Position numbers and translations under genes: made by a program. Below, piece by piece: positions 1-12,959 of a DNA stretch of 64,000 nucleotides; the first letter of the stretch is position 1; each line of letters opens with the position of its first letter. The DNA lies in the NCBI RefSeq assembly GCF_001194135.2, contig NC_068984.1:56563798-56627797 (forward strand). Reading direction: 5' to 3'. A model generated the notes under the pieces. The model worked only from the letters and a program-made list of their open reading frames with translations. It did not search any database and had not been told where the DNA came from. This DNA is from Octopus bimaculoides (Eukaryota).

Positions 1-415
1 GAAACACTTAAACTACGAGTACGTAGAGAGATTCGTTTCGACCTGCGAAAGTAGTTCAAGGTGGCCGCAGCAGTAATAACCAGCAGCACCCGTGCTGGGG
101 TGGCGGCCGCTTGTAGTAGCCTCGCATATATGTGCTTCAGTACTGAGGCTGAACTGAATATGGAAAGCTGCCTGTGTGCGGCGGAAGGCCTGCTTGCAAG
201 GCACGTGAAGTGAATCGATTTGTATTTTGTATTGTGATTATAAATATATTTATTTATCTTGAACAAATGTATTCGAGGGGTTGCTGATCTGTGGGCGTCG
301 GCGCCCCTCTCATTTTTCATATGTATCATCCTTTCATTCTACATTTTGTCTTTGTCCAGCCCTAGCTACGGCCATTCTGTGTAAAGCCTATATGGCTAAT
401 TAATGAAATAAAACA
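1..415 (+). other. CpG-rich terminal segment: 3' end of an ORF plus 3'UTR-like tail (retroelement end or gene last exon), cut by the window edge
   Basis: Frame 1 reads ETLKLRVRREIRFDLRK* (stop 52-54). CpG density is far above the flanks. AATAAA at 407-412 is followed by ACA. Identity unresolved. Confidence 0.3.
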
Positions 416-879
416 GTCTAATGAACAAGAATGGATTTATGTTATTACTATATGAAGATTAATTGGTCAACATTGCTCTCATCCCTCCTGGGGTCAATAA
501 ATGAATGTGCTAGTCTAATACTGTGGTTGATTGTATTGGTTAACTACTCCTCTCAAAACTTCTGAGCTTGTGCATAAATTAGAAACTATTATGAGGATTA
601 AGCCTGGTTATTGTCGCATCATTGATGTTATTTTGTTTTTCTATCTTGTCCTTACACCTTGATCTATCATTATTATAATCAGTAGTCCTTTTAACTTCAG
701 CATCCTGAATAACCTTTCTTTCACAGCTACAGTACTATCATTATTTTCATTGTTCCTCAAACACCATTAATACTAGCTTGCACTTCATCATGAATTGCTT
801 CCTTATCACCATATTTATTTTTCTTCTTCAAAGCACTCATTGTTCTCTGACATTAATTATATATGATTATCCCTCCCCA

Positions 880-1800
880 CTGCTCACCTCAGTCATGACC
901 CCTTCTAATGGCACCAATGGAATACCACAAGGTAGCTTACTTTCATTAATTATCTTCATAGCATATCTTGAGGATGCATTAAGACATCTGAGAGCTCTAG
1001 TTTGCCAAAAAAACAAAAAACAAAAATAGAATGCTAACATTACCAATAGAAGCTATATAAGTTCATGCGGATTTTATCTCAGTCAATACAGCATTTTTAC
1101 AAATTATGAAAGAACTAACACCCAAGGCACTTTTGGAATGGTTCCTTTATGTAAACATAGATAAGATGAAATTTACCACCATCAGCTGTAAGACCTGACA
1201 GAATTAGCTAGCAGTAGAGATAAAAATGCTGGATTCCTTCTAAGTGATGCTGAAAACATAGTCTAGAGGACAAAGCTGCCAGTGGTTACATCTGAATAAA
1301 TCTAAACTTTAAGGATTAGCTCTCATCTCATGGGTTGTGTGGAAGAAGCTCTATCTATCTAGAATGCATTTATTAAACAAAGGTAATGTTGCTTCACAAT
1401 GCAATAATATGGGGAATGATAAGTTAGATATAGCAGTTGGATTCTATCCACTACAGACACTACATCTTCCTTTTAACATGTGACGGTCAATCAAAATAGG
1501 CAACACACAACTGTACAAAATATGTAAACGTAGACAATTGAGCCATGATCTTGTGGAAACTTGGTGTCTGTTTGGAAACATCTTCATGTAGATTGCAGAG
1601 CCTCTACTGATATTGTCATACAAAACTATTTTGAAGAAGCAGTGATCAAAAAATTCTTTTGCCAGCTGCATACTTTTGATATGACTGCATGCATAATGAC
1701 TTAATCAGAAGTTCCTAAAGCCAAAGAAAGACTTTTATGAGTTTAACAGACTAACCAAAGAACAGTGTAGAAGAATGTAACAGATATTGTTAGAAGTAGG
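880..1800 (+). mobile_element. Decayed non-LTR retrotransposon reverse transcriptase remnant
   Basis: Frameshifted pieces match conserved non-LTR RT/thumb motifs: TNGIPQGSLLSLIIFIAYLEDALRHLR (GxPQG..LSP.LF), GFLLSDAENI (GSLLGD.EDI), QLDSIH, KIGNTQLYKICK..LSHDLV..WCLFGNI (RW.LFGHI). Confidence 0.75.
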
Positions 1801-2204
1801 GCTCAGATGCATCTAAAGAGAAAATATTACACAATGGAGCTAACATATGAAAACAGTGTCCATTACCAAATTTTCAATATCAGTATGCAGCCAACTAGTT
1901 AGAAATAGCAACCAACTCTCTCTCAAATCACACCCAATCATGTTCCAAAAGGAAAGGTAAAAATTGGATGCATTGTGCCTGAAAATGAAAGCTGTGTTTG
2001 TCATAGTTAAAATGCCTTTAATCATATGTTTGTTTTATGACCTGTAACCTAGGGTAAGAAAGCAAGTATCAAGGAGTTTCTTTTTTGTTTATAACATTGA
2101 AAAGTAGTTTTATTAAACTTAATCTCTTCCATAAATCTTCCTTTTGACTGTTTTTTTTTGGTAGAAACATGACTATTTTTTTTGTCTGCTCATATATGTA
2201 TATA

Positions 2205-2395
2205 TCATCATCATCATCGTTCTTTAATGTCTGTTTTCCATGCTGGCATAGGTTGGATGGTTTGACCAGAGCTAATAAGCAGGATAGCCAGCCACACTAG
2301 GTTCCAGTTCAATTTGATTTCTACAGCTGGATGCCCTTCCTAACACCAGCTACTTCACAGTGTGTACTGGGTGCTTTTAATGTGTCACCGGCGCA
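2205..2395 (-). mobile_element. Short RTE-3'-tail-type retroposon fragment with (GAT)n tail
   Basis: catcatcatcatcgtt...ctacagctggatgcccttcctaacacc matches the 3' end of the young RTE at 51019-51200. Confidence 0.75.
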
Positions 2396-2403
2396 CACAT
2401 GCG

Positions 2404-2451
<48 letters not shown>

Positions 2452-2478
2452 CACTCACACACACACACACACACACAC
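2394..2478. repeat. (CA)n microsatellite
   Basis: Direct reading. Confidence 0.95.
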
Positions 2479-2869
2479 TTTGGTCATGAACTACATTCAA
2501 TCACATTATACATTTCCACAACACATTTAGCATATAATAAGAGGCATCTTCCATGGCTTGTATTACCTGATACATGGTAAAGTGGTTTGCACATAAAATT
2601 TCTTTGTTACGTTTTTTTTGCAGTGATAATTTTAGATTCAAACAAGTACATTTGACAACTGTTGGTCTGTCAGATATAGATAAAACTTTTAGTTATAAAA
2701 CTTGTTTTGTTTGTATGATCATTATAAAATTTTGTATTCTCTGCATTTTGTTTGTGTTCCCTTTTTTCAGGTATAAACTATACCCAATCATGATGTGTAT
2801 GCGTGTGTGTGTGTGTGCCCAAGATTTATTCAGGAGGGATGTGCAGCATCCTCCGTGACCCTTTTTGGC

Positions 2870-3075
2870 TCCTTTACAACCAGTGGTTGATGTTCAGTTT
2901 AAACATTTGTATATTGATGTGAGCAAGATAATGGAATTCTAGTGGGCTGCTCTTCTGGGAAGCAAGGATTGTTTGTGAAAAGTTAGTATGAAACCAGTGA
3001 ATGGGGAACATAATTCTTTGATTTGAGTCATGAACCTCTGATGAAGCACCATCCTGACATGTATTATTGAACATC
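2870..3075 (-). mobile_element. Decayed CR1/L2-group LINE 3' end
   Basis: Minus-frame ...HYLAHINIQMFKLNINHWL resembles the CR1/L2-type ORF2 C-terminus (P.H.DLQ.FK.NIN). Confidence 0.45.
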
Positions 3076-4618
3076 TAAACCTTTTAGAAAAAGAGAGAGA
3101 GAAAGAAGAATTCACTCCAAACTGGTAAGGCTGAAAGACAAACTTGGCCTTAGCAGGATTTGAACTCAGAGTGCAGAGAACTGGAATGAATACTTCAAGG
3201 CATTCTATCTGATATTCAGAAGGCTGTCAAGATGAATAGAGATAGGAAGATACACGTGTCACCTGGGGTTGGGTAGAGCTAGAGGTGATATCTAATTTTC
3301 TTTTATTTATGCATGTATGCATTTATACATGCATGTACATACTTGTGCATGTGCATGAATATGAATGCATATGCATATGTATCTACGTATGTGGGTGTAT
3401 GTGTTTTGCAATTGATGTTCCTTTGAGCATGAGTTAAATTATGTATAATTGAATGATATATATGTGTGTTTATGGATCTGCATGTGCTTGTGTGCATAGA
3501 TATGTGTATATGTATATGTATGTATTTTCCTTTTAGAGTATTTTTTTGAATAATATATGAGGTTGCATTATATCATTTCAGTGTTTTCTTTGATGTATTG
3601 CTTAGTTTGTGTTTAGAAAGCATCTACCACAATGTTAAGATAAGAAGGAAATGATAATACTTGCTTTATTTCAATATATTAGAATATGTGAAAAAGTTTT
3701 TTAACTGTTTTTATCTTATTTTACTGTCAAATCTTGTTCTTTATGTTTTGTTTTAATGCAAATAAGATATAGACCTATATAGTTTCTTACTTATTTCAAC
3801 ACCATATGGTTATCACAGACATCTCTTGATGTTAAACAGAATATTTATGCAATACTTAAGATGAGTCAAATATTTTGTTTAAATTTGAAGAATCATTATA
3901 ATGATAAAAATCTCCCAAAGTGTTTTCAATGTAAATCCATGATGTAAATCTTTCTAAAAGATGCTAGGTGACTATACTGGATAATTAGCCATGTAGCAAA
4001 GTGATTCCTTGTTTTCAAGTGTAAATCATGAAATTTAGTTGAAAATTTGAATCATAGAGGACAGTATACCCATCCAATATCAGTGTAATTATCCTAAATT
4101 GATTCAAGATCTAGCTCAATAGATTTGCCTCCTGTCTCAAGCACTCAATTTTTTGTTTTTGTGCCTTGATAATAGAGAATTACATAGCCATTATTAAGGA
4201 AACTTTACTAGAGTGAAGAAAGTACCATACAGAGTAAATAAATTTTTGGAAAAGGCATTAACATCTCATAGTTTCATTTTTACCTTTTTATAAATCTGAT
4301 ACTTTTTTGCCTTTATCAGATTCAAAAGATGTATGAGAATAGAACAGTTTATTTTGTATGGTTATATAAAGAATGCTGTCCAAGAGGTGTGTTAGAATGA
4401 GATATTTCACTTTCTGGTTATTTTAGTGTTCAGCTTCTATTACTGAAATGCAGCTCCACTTAGGTATTGTCTTCAAGGTATTGATCTGGTGCTCCTTTTT
4501 ATTGATCTTTATTTGTTGAATAGCTAAATTTGCCTATGTATTGAGTTACATTTTTTTGGGGGAATTTAAGCATCACAAGAGATCTACAATTGTTGCAACA
4601 ATTTATATCTGTATACAC

Positions 4619-4920
4619 CAGTGGTTCCCAAGCTGTTTCAAGCTGCTGTCCACTTGGCGCCTATGCCACACACCTTGTGCCCGCCCCCATCCCCTCACCA
4701 CCACAAATATAGACTACTTTCTGCAACAAATTTAAAACAGCTGTATTTCACAAATAAAATTTAAACCTAATTAACCCATTATTTATTTTTTTTTTTTTAC
4801 ATCAATCATCTCCTTTTTGGCCACCCCATTATTGCCCCACTTTTCTTCAATGCCCCCTTCCATCCCTGGATCTTTCCACCATCCCTAAGGGAACAGTACT
4901 GCCCACTTTGGGAACCAGTG
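4619..4920. mobile_element. hAT (Charlie-like) MITE, 302 bp
   Basis: TIRs CAGTGGTTCCCAA / TTGGGAACCAGTG (1 mismatch). Perfect 8-bp TSD GTATACAC at 4611-4618 and 4921-4928. Confidence 0.9.
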
Positions 4921-5627
4921 GTATACACAAACACAGGTATATATGTTTGTTTACCAAATCTATAGTTTTCACTAACCAAATTTCACTCACAAAGCATTAG
5001 TTGATCCAAGGCTATTGCAGAAAACATTTGCCAAAAATGCTTCGCAATGGTATTGAACCCATAAACATAAGGTTATTGAGTGAACTTAACCACAGAGTCA
5101 TGTCTGAGTCTGTTCAATAATGTATAGGAAAACCATTTTACTTGCATTTGTATAGTTTATTTACTTTTGAATATATTTTGAATTAGAAAATATACTTTAA
5201 ACAAATTATTAATTAAAAGTTTTTAATGTGATATTTTGATGGTTTAGAATTTTGCAGGAAATGGTATTGTTACCATTCCTGCCTCACATTTGATTTTAAT
5301 GATTTTTCCCATGCAAGAATCCTGCAGGAAGAGAGAGAGAGCAATTACAATATAAGGCTTTTAGTAGGTGCTGCTAACATAAAAATTGTACAAACAATCT
5401 ACCAGACAGCAATTTTGTTGCCATTAGGTTGTCTGAATCGCTAGATCTTTGTTATTTGTTCAGAATGAAACGTATTACAAGTTGAGAGAGAGGGAGAGAG
5501 AGAGAGAGAGAGAGAGAGAACAACTGACACAGAACCATGAAGATATTGGAATGGAATCTGAAATTACTTTCACTGCACGCTGTTATTTTAATAGTATGGT
5601 CTTCAGTGGAATTCCAGACACTTGGTA

Positions 5628-5717
5628 AACTTCTTGTACTTCAAGACATATACATACATACATACATACATACATACATACATTCATACATGCATATAGC
5701 TTGAAGTACAAGAAGTT
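5628..5717. repeat. Perfect 18-bp inverted repeat enclosing a (TACA)n tract
   Basis: AACTTCTTGTACTTCAAG (5628-5645) and CTTGAAGTACAAGAAGTT (5700-5717). Confidence 0.9.
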
Positions 5718-6263
5718 ATACATATATATGTGTGTGTATATGAAGTCATGTGAGCAGAAACAGGAAATGGAGTTTAGTTATTAATAGATTAACTATTCAT
5801 TATGGCTGGAATGGCTATGTTTTGTTTGCTGGAACATGACATTAAAGACATTTGGGATATGTTCAGATAAGAATATATATGCATTTCAGTTTCTGTAAAA
5901 TTTTCCAAAACTAGATTTTCCTAAGTGGAAAACAATTTTTTGAAAACAATTAAAATTGGAAATATTGATCCAAATTGTTTGCAAATGTTAACATTTAAAC
6001 TACTCTTTGTTTCATTAGAAATATGCTTTAAGGCAAATGTGTTAACACTATAAATATTATTCACTGAATCATTAGTTTCAGACAAATGCTTCTTTGTTTA
6101 TTTTAGTATTAAAAGCAAATTTCCTCAAATGTCATTTTGCAATTTTCATTGCTGGTACTAATGATTTCATTTTGGCAGCGTTAGCAAAAATAAATATGCT
6201 TTTTTGTTTTTCCCCTGTAGGAGCAAAAAATATAAAAGGTATATATCTTCTTTTACCTTTATA

Positions 6264-6594
6264 TTTTACTTGTTTCAGGCATTGGATTGTGGCCATGCTG
6301 GTGCATCACCTTGATGGATTTAGCTGAACAAATTGACCTTCATACTTATTTAGCCTGGTACTTAATCTGTTGGTCTCTTTTACCAAACTGATAAGTTGCA
6401 GGAATGTAAACAAAACCAACACTGCTTGTCAAGTGGTGCAATAGGATTCTTTCAGTTTCCATCTACCAAATTCACTCATAAGGCTTTGGTTGATTCGGTG
6501 CTACAGTAGAAGACACTTGCTCAAAGTTTCATGCAGATGGACTGAACCCAAAACCACATAGTTGAGAAGCAAGCTTCTTAACTACACTGTCATG
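6264..6594 (-). mobile_element. tRNA-derived CORE-type SINE (octopus OR2-like family), decayed
   Basis: Shares tgtttcagtc...ggccatgctgg, ctaagtt..gtaaac, caaggctttggtt and aagacacttg..caa blocks with the copies at 36481 and 60518. Confidence 0.8.
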
Positions 6595-7349
6595 AAAGTT
6601 ATCAAATGACTTGCTCAGATATTGGGAGTTCATAACTGTGTAAAGGTGTTTCATTTGAAATTAGTTTTATCTTTTAATTTGACAAATACAGACACTCTGC
6701 TTAGTGAATTCCATGTTACTGAAACCTACTTTACCATTGACTTTCATGTTATAAATTGAGATATTTTTCTGATGGAATCATTCAGAAGAAAAAAAAAAAC
6801 ATATCATTTACCCCACTTCTATGGGAAAAAATGACAATTTTTTAAGTATACACAATAGGTCATCACCAATATTTGATGTTCATCTCCCATGCTGACATGG
6901 GTTGGACAGTTGGACAGGATCTGATGAGCCAGAGGACTGCATTGAGTTCCAATGACTGCTTTGACATAGTTTTTATAGCTTGATGCCTTTCCTAAAGTCA
7001 ACCATTTTACAAAGTGTATTGGGTACTTTTTTCCATGGCACTCATACTAATAAGATCACCAAATAACCTGCAAGACAAGACCCCCTCAGCTAAATGGTGG
7101 ATGTTGTATTGAAGGCAGTAGTAGCCTTATGCTAGGTGTCAAGAGGCAAAAGTATGATAGAGGGACAGGAACAAGTGTGCTGTAGAGGAGATAGGAGGAT
7201 ACTCCAGCTGGAATGAGATAAAAAATTGTGGCAATGAGGTGTTTAGTTACAACATATGAATTGATAGAAAATATATTAGCAAATTTATATTTTTATGGTT
7301 TCAGTTATTGGATTGTAGTGATTTTGGGCAGTTGGTAACTTAACCCAAT

Positions 7350-7620
7350 CATGAGAAGAAGTGAAATTCTCAGTTATAAATGACATTTGGGAAAACAGTA
7401 ACACAGCATTCAAGACGAAGTTTTTTCCTCCAGCAGAAGGTCTACATGATGTTCTGCAAGATATTGTGACACTCACAAATGAGACAAAGTTTCAATAAGC
7501 CATAGAAAACAATGTGGTTGAGCAGCTAATAAATCTGAGAGAAAGTTTATCTAATGAGGAGCTGACAATGTTAACTGTTGAGTGAACTGCTGGTGAAGGA
7601 AAGGTTATAGAAACTCCATC
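7350..7620 (+). mobile_element. Tigger/pogo-like transposase C-terminal remnant
   Basis: INDIWEN...KFFPPAEGLHDVLQDIVTLTNETKFQ*AIENNVVEQLINLRESLSNEELTML resembles the Tigger C-terminal region (FKGF...IV.LA....F..V...DV.ELL..H..ELSNE.L). Confidence 0.6.
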
Positions 7621-9014
7621 CACTCCACTTCAGTTGGCTGCAAGGTGTATAGCTAAATATATACATAAATGGCCATAGCTCTTAAAACAAAGCATGTTAG
7701 AAAATTACTTATTGAAAACTTAATAGCTGAGATTATCATCTTTTAGTTTCAGAGTTATAATAGTGTTTGCAATACCAATGATCATTAAGCTATGTAAAAT
7801 CATAAATACTTCTCTGTTTTGGCTTTAATGTAAAACTAAGAATATTTTACATAATTAAGTATAATGTTATAATATTGTTAAATGTTTCAGATCAAGAATT
7901 TAATTAATCTATAACAATTTCATAAAAATGTCAGCTTTAAAAAGCATAATTTAAATATAAAACATATTAATTTGATTTGTTTTCACTTGCATAGTGTAAA
8001 ATTCATAATTTAAATGAAATAACAAAACATTTCAAAATACAACTTGAAAGACATAAAAATAAATTGTCTGTAACGAAATAAAAAAACTATCTTCTGCAAA
8101 TGAAGGTCTATCATTTAGACACACATGTTCATTTAGTTGTATTTATCTAATTTTCTTATTAATATTAACAGAATTTATCATAGCAACAGTTTGACATCTA
8201 AAATTGCCTCTAACATAATAACTGGTAAAGGTTTTCTTTCCCACTTTCATTTTATTTGAATCCTCCTCCCTCCAACTCTTTTTATTTTCTCTTTAGAGTT
8301 GTAAATTCTAGTTGACCATGGAAGAATCCATCTTTCAGAAATTGCTTTCATTATAAAAGTTTCTATTTGATCCATTTTTAATGAATTGCCTACAACAAAA
8401 ACAAATTTAATAATAATAATTTAAACATTGAACAGTGTTTATTTATCACACAATATATTTTACTAGAATTTTAAAGGTATTCAGTTCTCTTAGATCTTAC
8501 TTGAAAATTATTAAAATGTTCATTGAAGCATTGAACATGAAATAGTCAAAACTAGAAAACATAGTGTTTATAAAATTTAGTTTGAATTGATTACAAAAAT
8601 TAATTTTGTTTTGGTATGATGACTTAAATTTTACTACATAAGGTTTTGCTGGAAAATCTTTAAATTATAAATTTCATGATTTAAAATATTCACTGGAGGA
8701 AATAAAAAAATTACAAAGTAGATATAAAATTTACTGGCTTGCAGTGATTCTTCATTGTGATTGGACAATCTAATTACAATCAATATTAACATTTACAATT
8801 CTTTTTAGTTATCTATATTTAGGAAAAGATTGATATTTTCTGCAATAAGGGAGACAGATAAATTGCATGCATGATTTGTTCAATCATTTCAAATCTTAGT
8901 ATCACTATTTTTAGTAACTAAAATAGTGCTACCTAATCTTTAATAATTTACTGCTTGTACATAAAGGGAACATTATTTCCTTTGTTTATTAGTTTTTATT
9001 TACATAGTATAGGT

Positions 9015-9409
9015 GGAGGCGCAATGGCCCAGTGGTTAGGGCAGTGGACTCACGGTCATAGGATCGCGGTTTCGATTCTAAGACCGGGCGTTGTGAATGT
9101 TTATTGAGCGAAAACATCTAAAACTCCACGAGGCTCTGGCAGGGGATGGTGGTGAACCCTGCTGTACTCTTTCACCACCACTTTCTCTCACTCTTACTTC
9201 CTGTTTCTGTTGTACCTGTATTTCAAAGGGCCAGCCTTGTCACACTGTGTCACGCTGAATATCCCCAAGAACTACATTAAGGGTACACGTGTCTGTGGAA
9301 TGCTCAGCCACTTGCACGTTAATTTCACGAGCAGGCTGTTCCGTTGATCAGATCAACTGGAACCCTCGACGTCGTAAGCGACAGAGTGCCAACAACAACA
9401 ACAACAACA
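9015..9409 (+). mobile_element. Young full-length tRNA-derived SINE (second family) with (CAA)n tail
   Basis: A box TGGCCCAGTGG and B box GGTTTCGATTC. (CAA)n tail. 13-bp TSD ACATAGTATAGGT at 9002-9014 and 9410-9422. Confidence 0.95.
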
Positions 9410-11199
9410 ACATAGTATAGGTTGCTAGTCTGTTAAAAATCAATATAAAAATCATAGAATGGATGCTTCTGAAAATTTTACTAGTTTGCTATATCCTAAC
9501 ATAAACTAATCAACTGTTAAACTCTCTAATTTTCATCTATATTGATTTGAACAAATTTTGATTCTCTGCTCTTTAGGGCTAGAGTTAGTGTAAGGCCTGA
9601 TAATTTGGGAGAGAATACTAGCCAATTACATCAATCATAGTGCTCAGCTAGTACTTATTTTATCGACCTGAAAAGGATGAAAAGTCAACTTTGGCAGCAT
9701 TTGAACTCAGAATGTAAAGCCAGAAAAAATGCTGCTAAGCATTTTGTCCAATGCAATAATGACTCTACCAGCTTGATGCCTTCTGCTCTTTATAATATTA
9801 AACATAAATTTGAAACCCACTTTTTCTCTTTTCTGTTTTAAATTTCTTTTTATAATCTCTAATGTTATTTACCTTAAAATCTGAATTCTTAAATTATAAC
9901 CCTGCTCATTATGATAGGAACTAAGTACTTTAATCCCTTAGTCACTGTACATTTTCTTTTATTGCCCAAACATGGCTATAGGTGCCATGCCATTGTTGTG
10001 TGAATTAGAAGTTTATTCTGAAACAATGTACTCAGGGATTCAGTCCCATTCCTTTAACATTGTTGGTTAGTTCCTTTTACTATAATTGTAGGTTGACTAA
10101 TAGCTCATGAGTAAAATAGGTAGTCAGAAATTGGAAGCAGCCTAGTGTGTGTGTGTGTGTGTGTGTGAGATAGAGAGAGCATATTTGTGTGTGTTTGTGT
10201 AAGTGTATGTATGTGTGTGATTGTGAGTGTTCATATTCCTGCATAATTTCCTGTGTTCACTGACCATAAACAAAGATTTCACTTTTCATACAGACAGCGG
10301 TAACATTTGTATGCAGTATTCCACAACTGTATGTCCAGGTTTTCTTAACATATCTTGACATGTGTGATCTTTTCGTAAACAAAATCTTATTTAAATAGTG
10401 TTATTTGTTTGTAGTTTTGTGTGTGACCATGTCTGAGCTCTTCATTCAATAGATTTGGGCTTAATACCTTGCATGGAAATAGGTGACTGTTGGCAACAAG
10501 AAGGGCATCCAGACTTAGAAAATTCTGCTCTAGCATCCACTTTTCACTGTTTGTATGAAAAAGTAGATGTTAAAATAATGACAATGATGATGATGATGAT
10601 GCAAATGTTTAAATAATTTGCTGATGTACCTAACTGATAAAAGAGCATCTAGCAATAAATTCTGAGTCATGAGGCAAAATATGACATTTATGCTTGTAGT
10701 CACCTAGTTGTTTATACACATCAATTAAGCTATGGAGATATCTTAATAATTCAGCAAATAAAAACCAGAATCTTAAAAAACGATGGTGGTCTGTATAGTC
10801 AACAGTTATTTATTAATTTTTGCAAATTTTGTTTAGGTTGTATGCATTGGAGAGACAAGAATATTGATGGAAAGAAGAGAAAAATAATATATATAGAAAT
10901 ACATTTGAATTGTTTTCTCTTCCACAAAGTTTGGCTCAAAATATCAGCACTCAAGTCACCCTCCATGAAATACAAAACTTATACAAAAATTGTGAATTTT
11001 AATAATTTATGTTGTTATTGTAAGGATATTAATATGATATATTTTGTAAATGTATGCAGTTGTGCTTTGATAATATATAGTGCATATTATAAAATAAAAT
11101 GCATGTATAGTATATATATTTATATCAGAGAAATAACTCAGAATTAGCCAGAGGCATATATTTGAATAACATAGACAAAAGCTAGTATGTTAGATTCAT

Positions 11200-11530
11200 T
11201 CAAATAACATAAATTCTTGATTTATCAAAATTATCTTCACTGTTAGAGGATGATGTGTCATAATTATAAAATGGCGATTGAGACCGGCTCCATTTAAGAA
11301 AGGAAGATAATCTTAAGAATCAAGAATTTCTCCAAAATGCCATGAAGGAAAAAGTCAAGATTATTGTCTAGAGATAGAGCATTTATGGATAAGTGTTTCT
11401 AGTTCATTATCTGTTGTCAGCACCACAGAACTGCCTCATGTTCCACTATTAATTTGATATTGTGGGATGACCATAGCTGAGAGCAGTAGTTCAGATGGTT
11501 GAGGACAGATGTCCTCCATAGAACCAGCAT
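11200..11530 (-). mobile_element. Decayed CR1-like LINE ORF2 3' region
   Basis: LWRTSVLNHLNYCSQLWSSHNIKLIVEHEAV matches the CR1-type motif L..SLV.SHLDYCSQLWSP......LE.VQ. Confidence 0.7.
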
Positions 11531-11539
11531 AATTCTCAG

Positions 11540-11720
11540 AATCCATCTGGCCATTTGCCTGCACATTGCCACCATCTTGGTGATATGCACTGTATTTGAT
11601 TCCAATCCCATCTGCCAGAGTTTCTACAGCTGGATGCCCTTCCTAACACCAACCACTCCAAGAGTGTAGTGGATGCTTTTACATGCCACCAGCGCGAGAG
11701 CCAGTCAGGCAGTAACATTA
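11540..11720 (-). mobile_element. RTE-3'-tail-type retroposon fragment adjoining the CR1 remnant
   Basis: gagtttctacagctggatgcccttcctaacaccaaccactcc...gccagtcaggcagt matches 51120-51230. Confidence 0.75.
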
Positions 11721-12959
11721 TATATATATATATGTGTACATATATGTAATGTATGCGGTCCTCTTATATGTGTGTAATTTTGTCTTTTTTGTCTATATAT
11801 TCATTTGTGTACCACACTCACACCTTTAACTAAGCTTGAAGAGCTTGGTTCGTTTTACAGACCTGCAACACTTGAAGTTGAATGATGCCAAATCAAACTT
11901 ATATTAAATTAGGTGTATATATGTATGTATATAGATGGATGGAATTTAAATATTCAATTTTTAAAATGTATTTGGATGTATTTAAGTATTCATATGCACA
12001 TTTTGATATACTTACTTATGCATAGCTCATACACATCCATCTATTACTCTCTCTCTCTCTCTCCCCCGCTCTTTCTCCCTCCCTCTCTCCACAAACTACA
12101 TACATGCATATATAAATACAGAAATACATATATTCACAAAGATATAGATATTTACTATTGCATTTTTATTCATATTTTTTGTTTTGTAGATCATTGTTTC
12201 TGCTTATGTTTATAATGATGAAGTTATTTTGTTTCATGGTTTGGTAATTCTTTCCAGGATGTAGGATGTCTGTCTCATCAACTATTGATTTGTTGGTAAA
12301 GTCAGAATATGAGCTTCTTGATAGATTTCAATGACTCACTGTGAAGACGAGCAGCCAACACAATCATGATTGCATGTTAATAAATATTCTCTCTGCATCC
12401 GTGTTTCTTTCCATTGGAATATCCTTTGATGCCTCAGTACATGGACATTTATCTGGGTATCCAAAAGATATAAGCATCTGAACAAGTTAATTTTGTGTTG
12501 ATACACATTTAATTGAAATGCTTTCCTCGTGCTATTCTAGCACATAAGCTGTCATGCCCTGTAGCCATGAAATTAACAAAGGTAGATTTAACAATAATGG
12601 TTTCACAATATCTCAAAGTACCACTTGTGGCTATCAAGCCATTGTTCTTCCACAACTTCTCAATGAAGTAGTAGCAGAAGCAATTGTTTTATTATGAGCA
12701 AGTTAAAGTTTGCCTTTCGGAAAGCGAACATTTCTGTGAAACTCTCTTTAAAACAAAATTCACTAACAGCAGCACTAACTGTCCGCTTCTTCAAAATGTT
12801 TCATCATTATGATCACTACTACCACCATTATCAGCTTCGTGACCATCATCATAGTCATCGACATGGTAATGGTGATCATTACCATCACTACTACTATTAC
12901 CATCATCATCATCATCATCATCCTGCTATGTTTAATGGGCACACAAAGTATCTACTTTT

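Noticed and set aside
9015-9090. tRNA-like sequence (also heads at 15830-15900, 36820-36887, 60850-60921)
   Set aside because: A/B boxes belong to SINE heads that continue into a SINE body and tail with TSDs, so these are not tRNA genes.
12260-12480. Possible Penelope GIY-YIG remnant on the minus strand (also 28050-28350)
   Set aside because: Only vague similarity; the catalytic motifs are not recoverable by eye.
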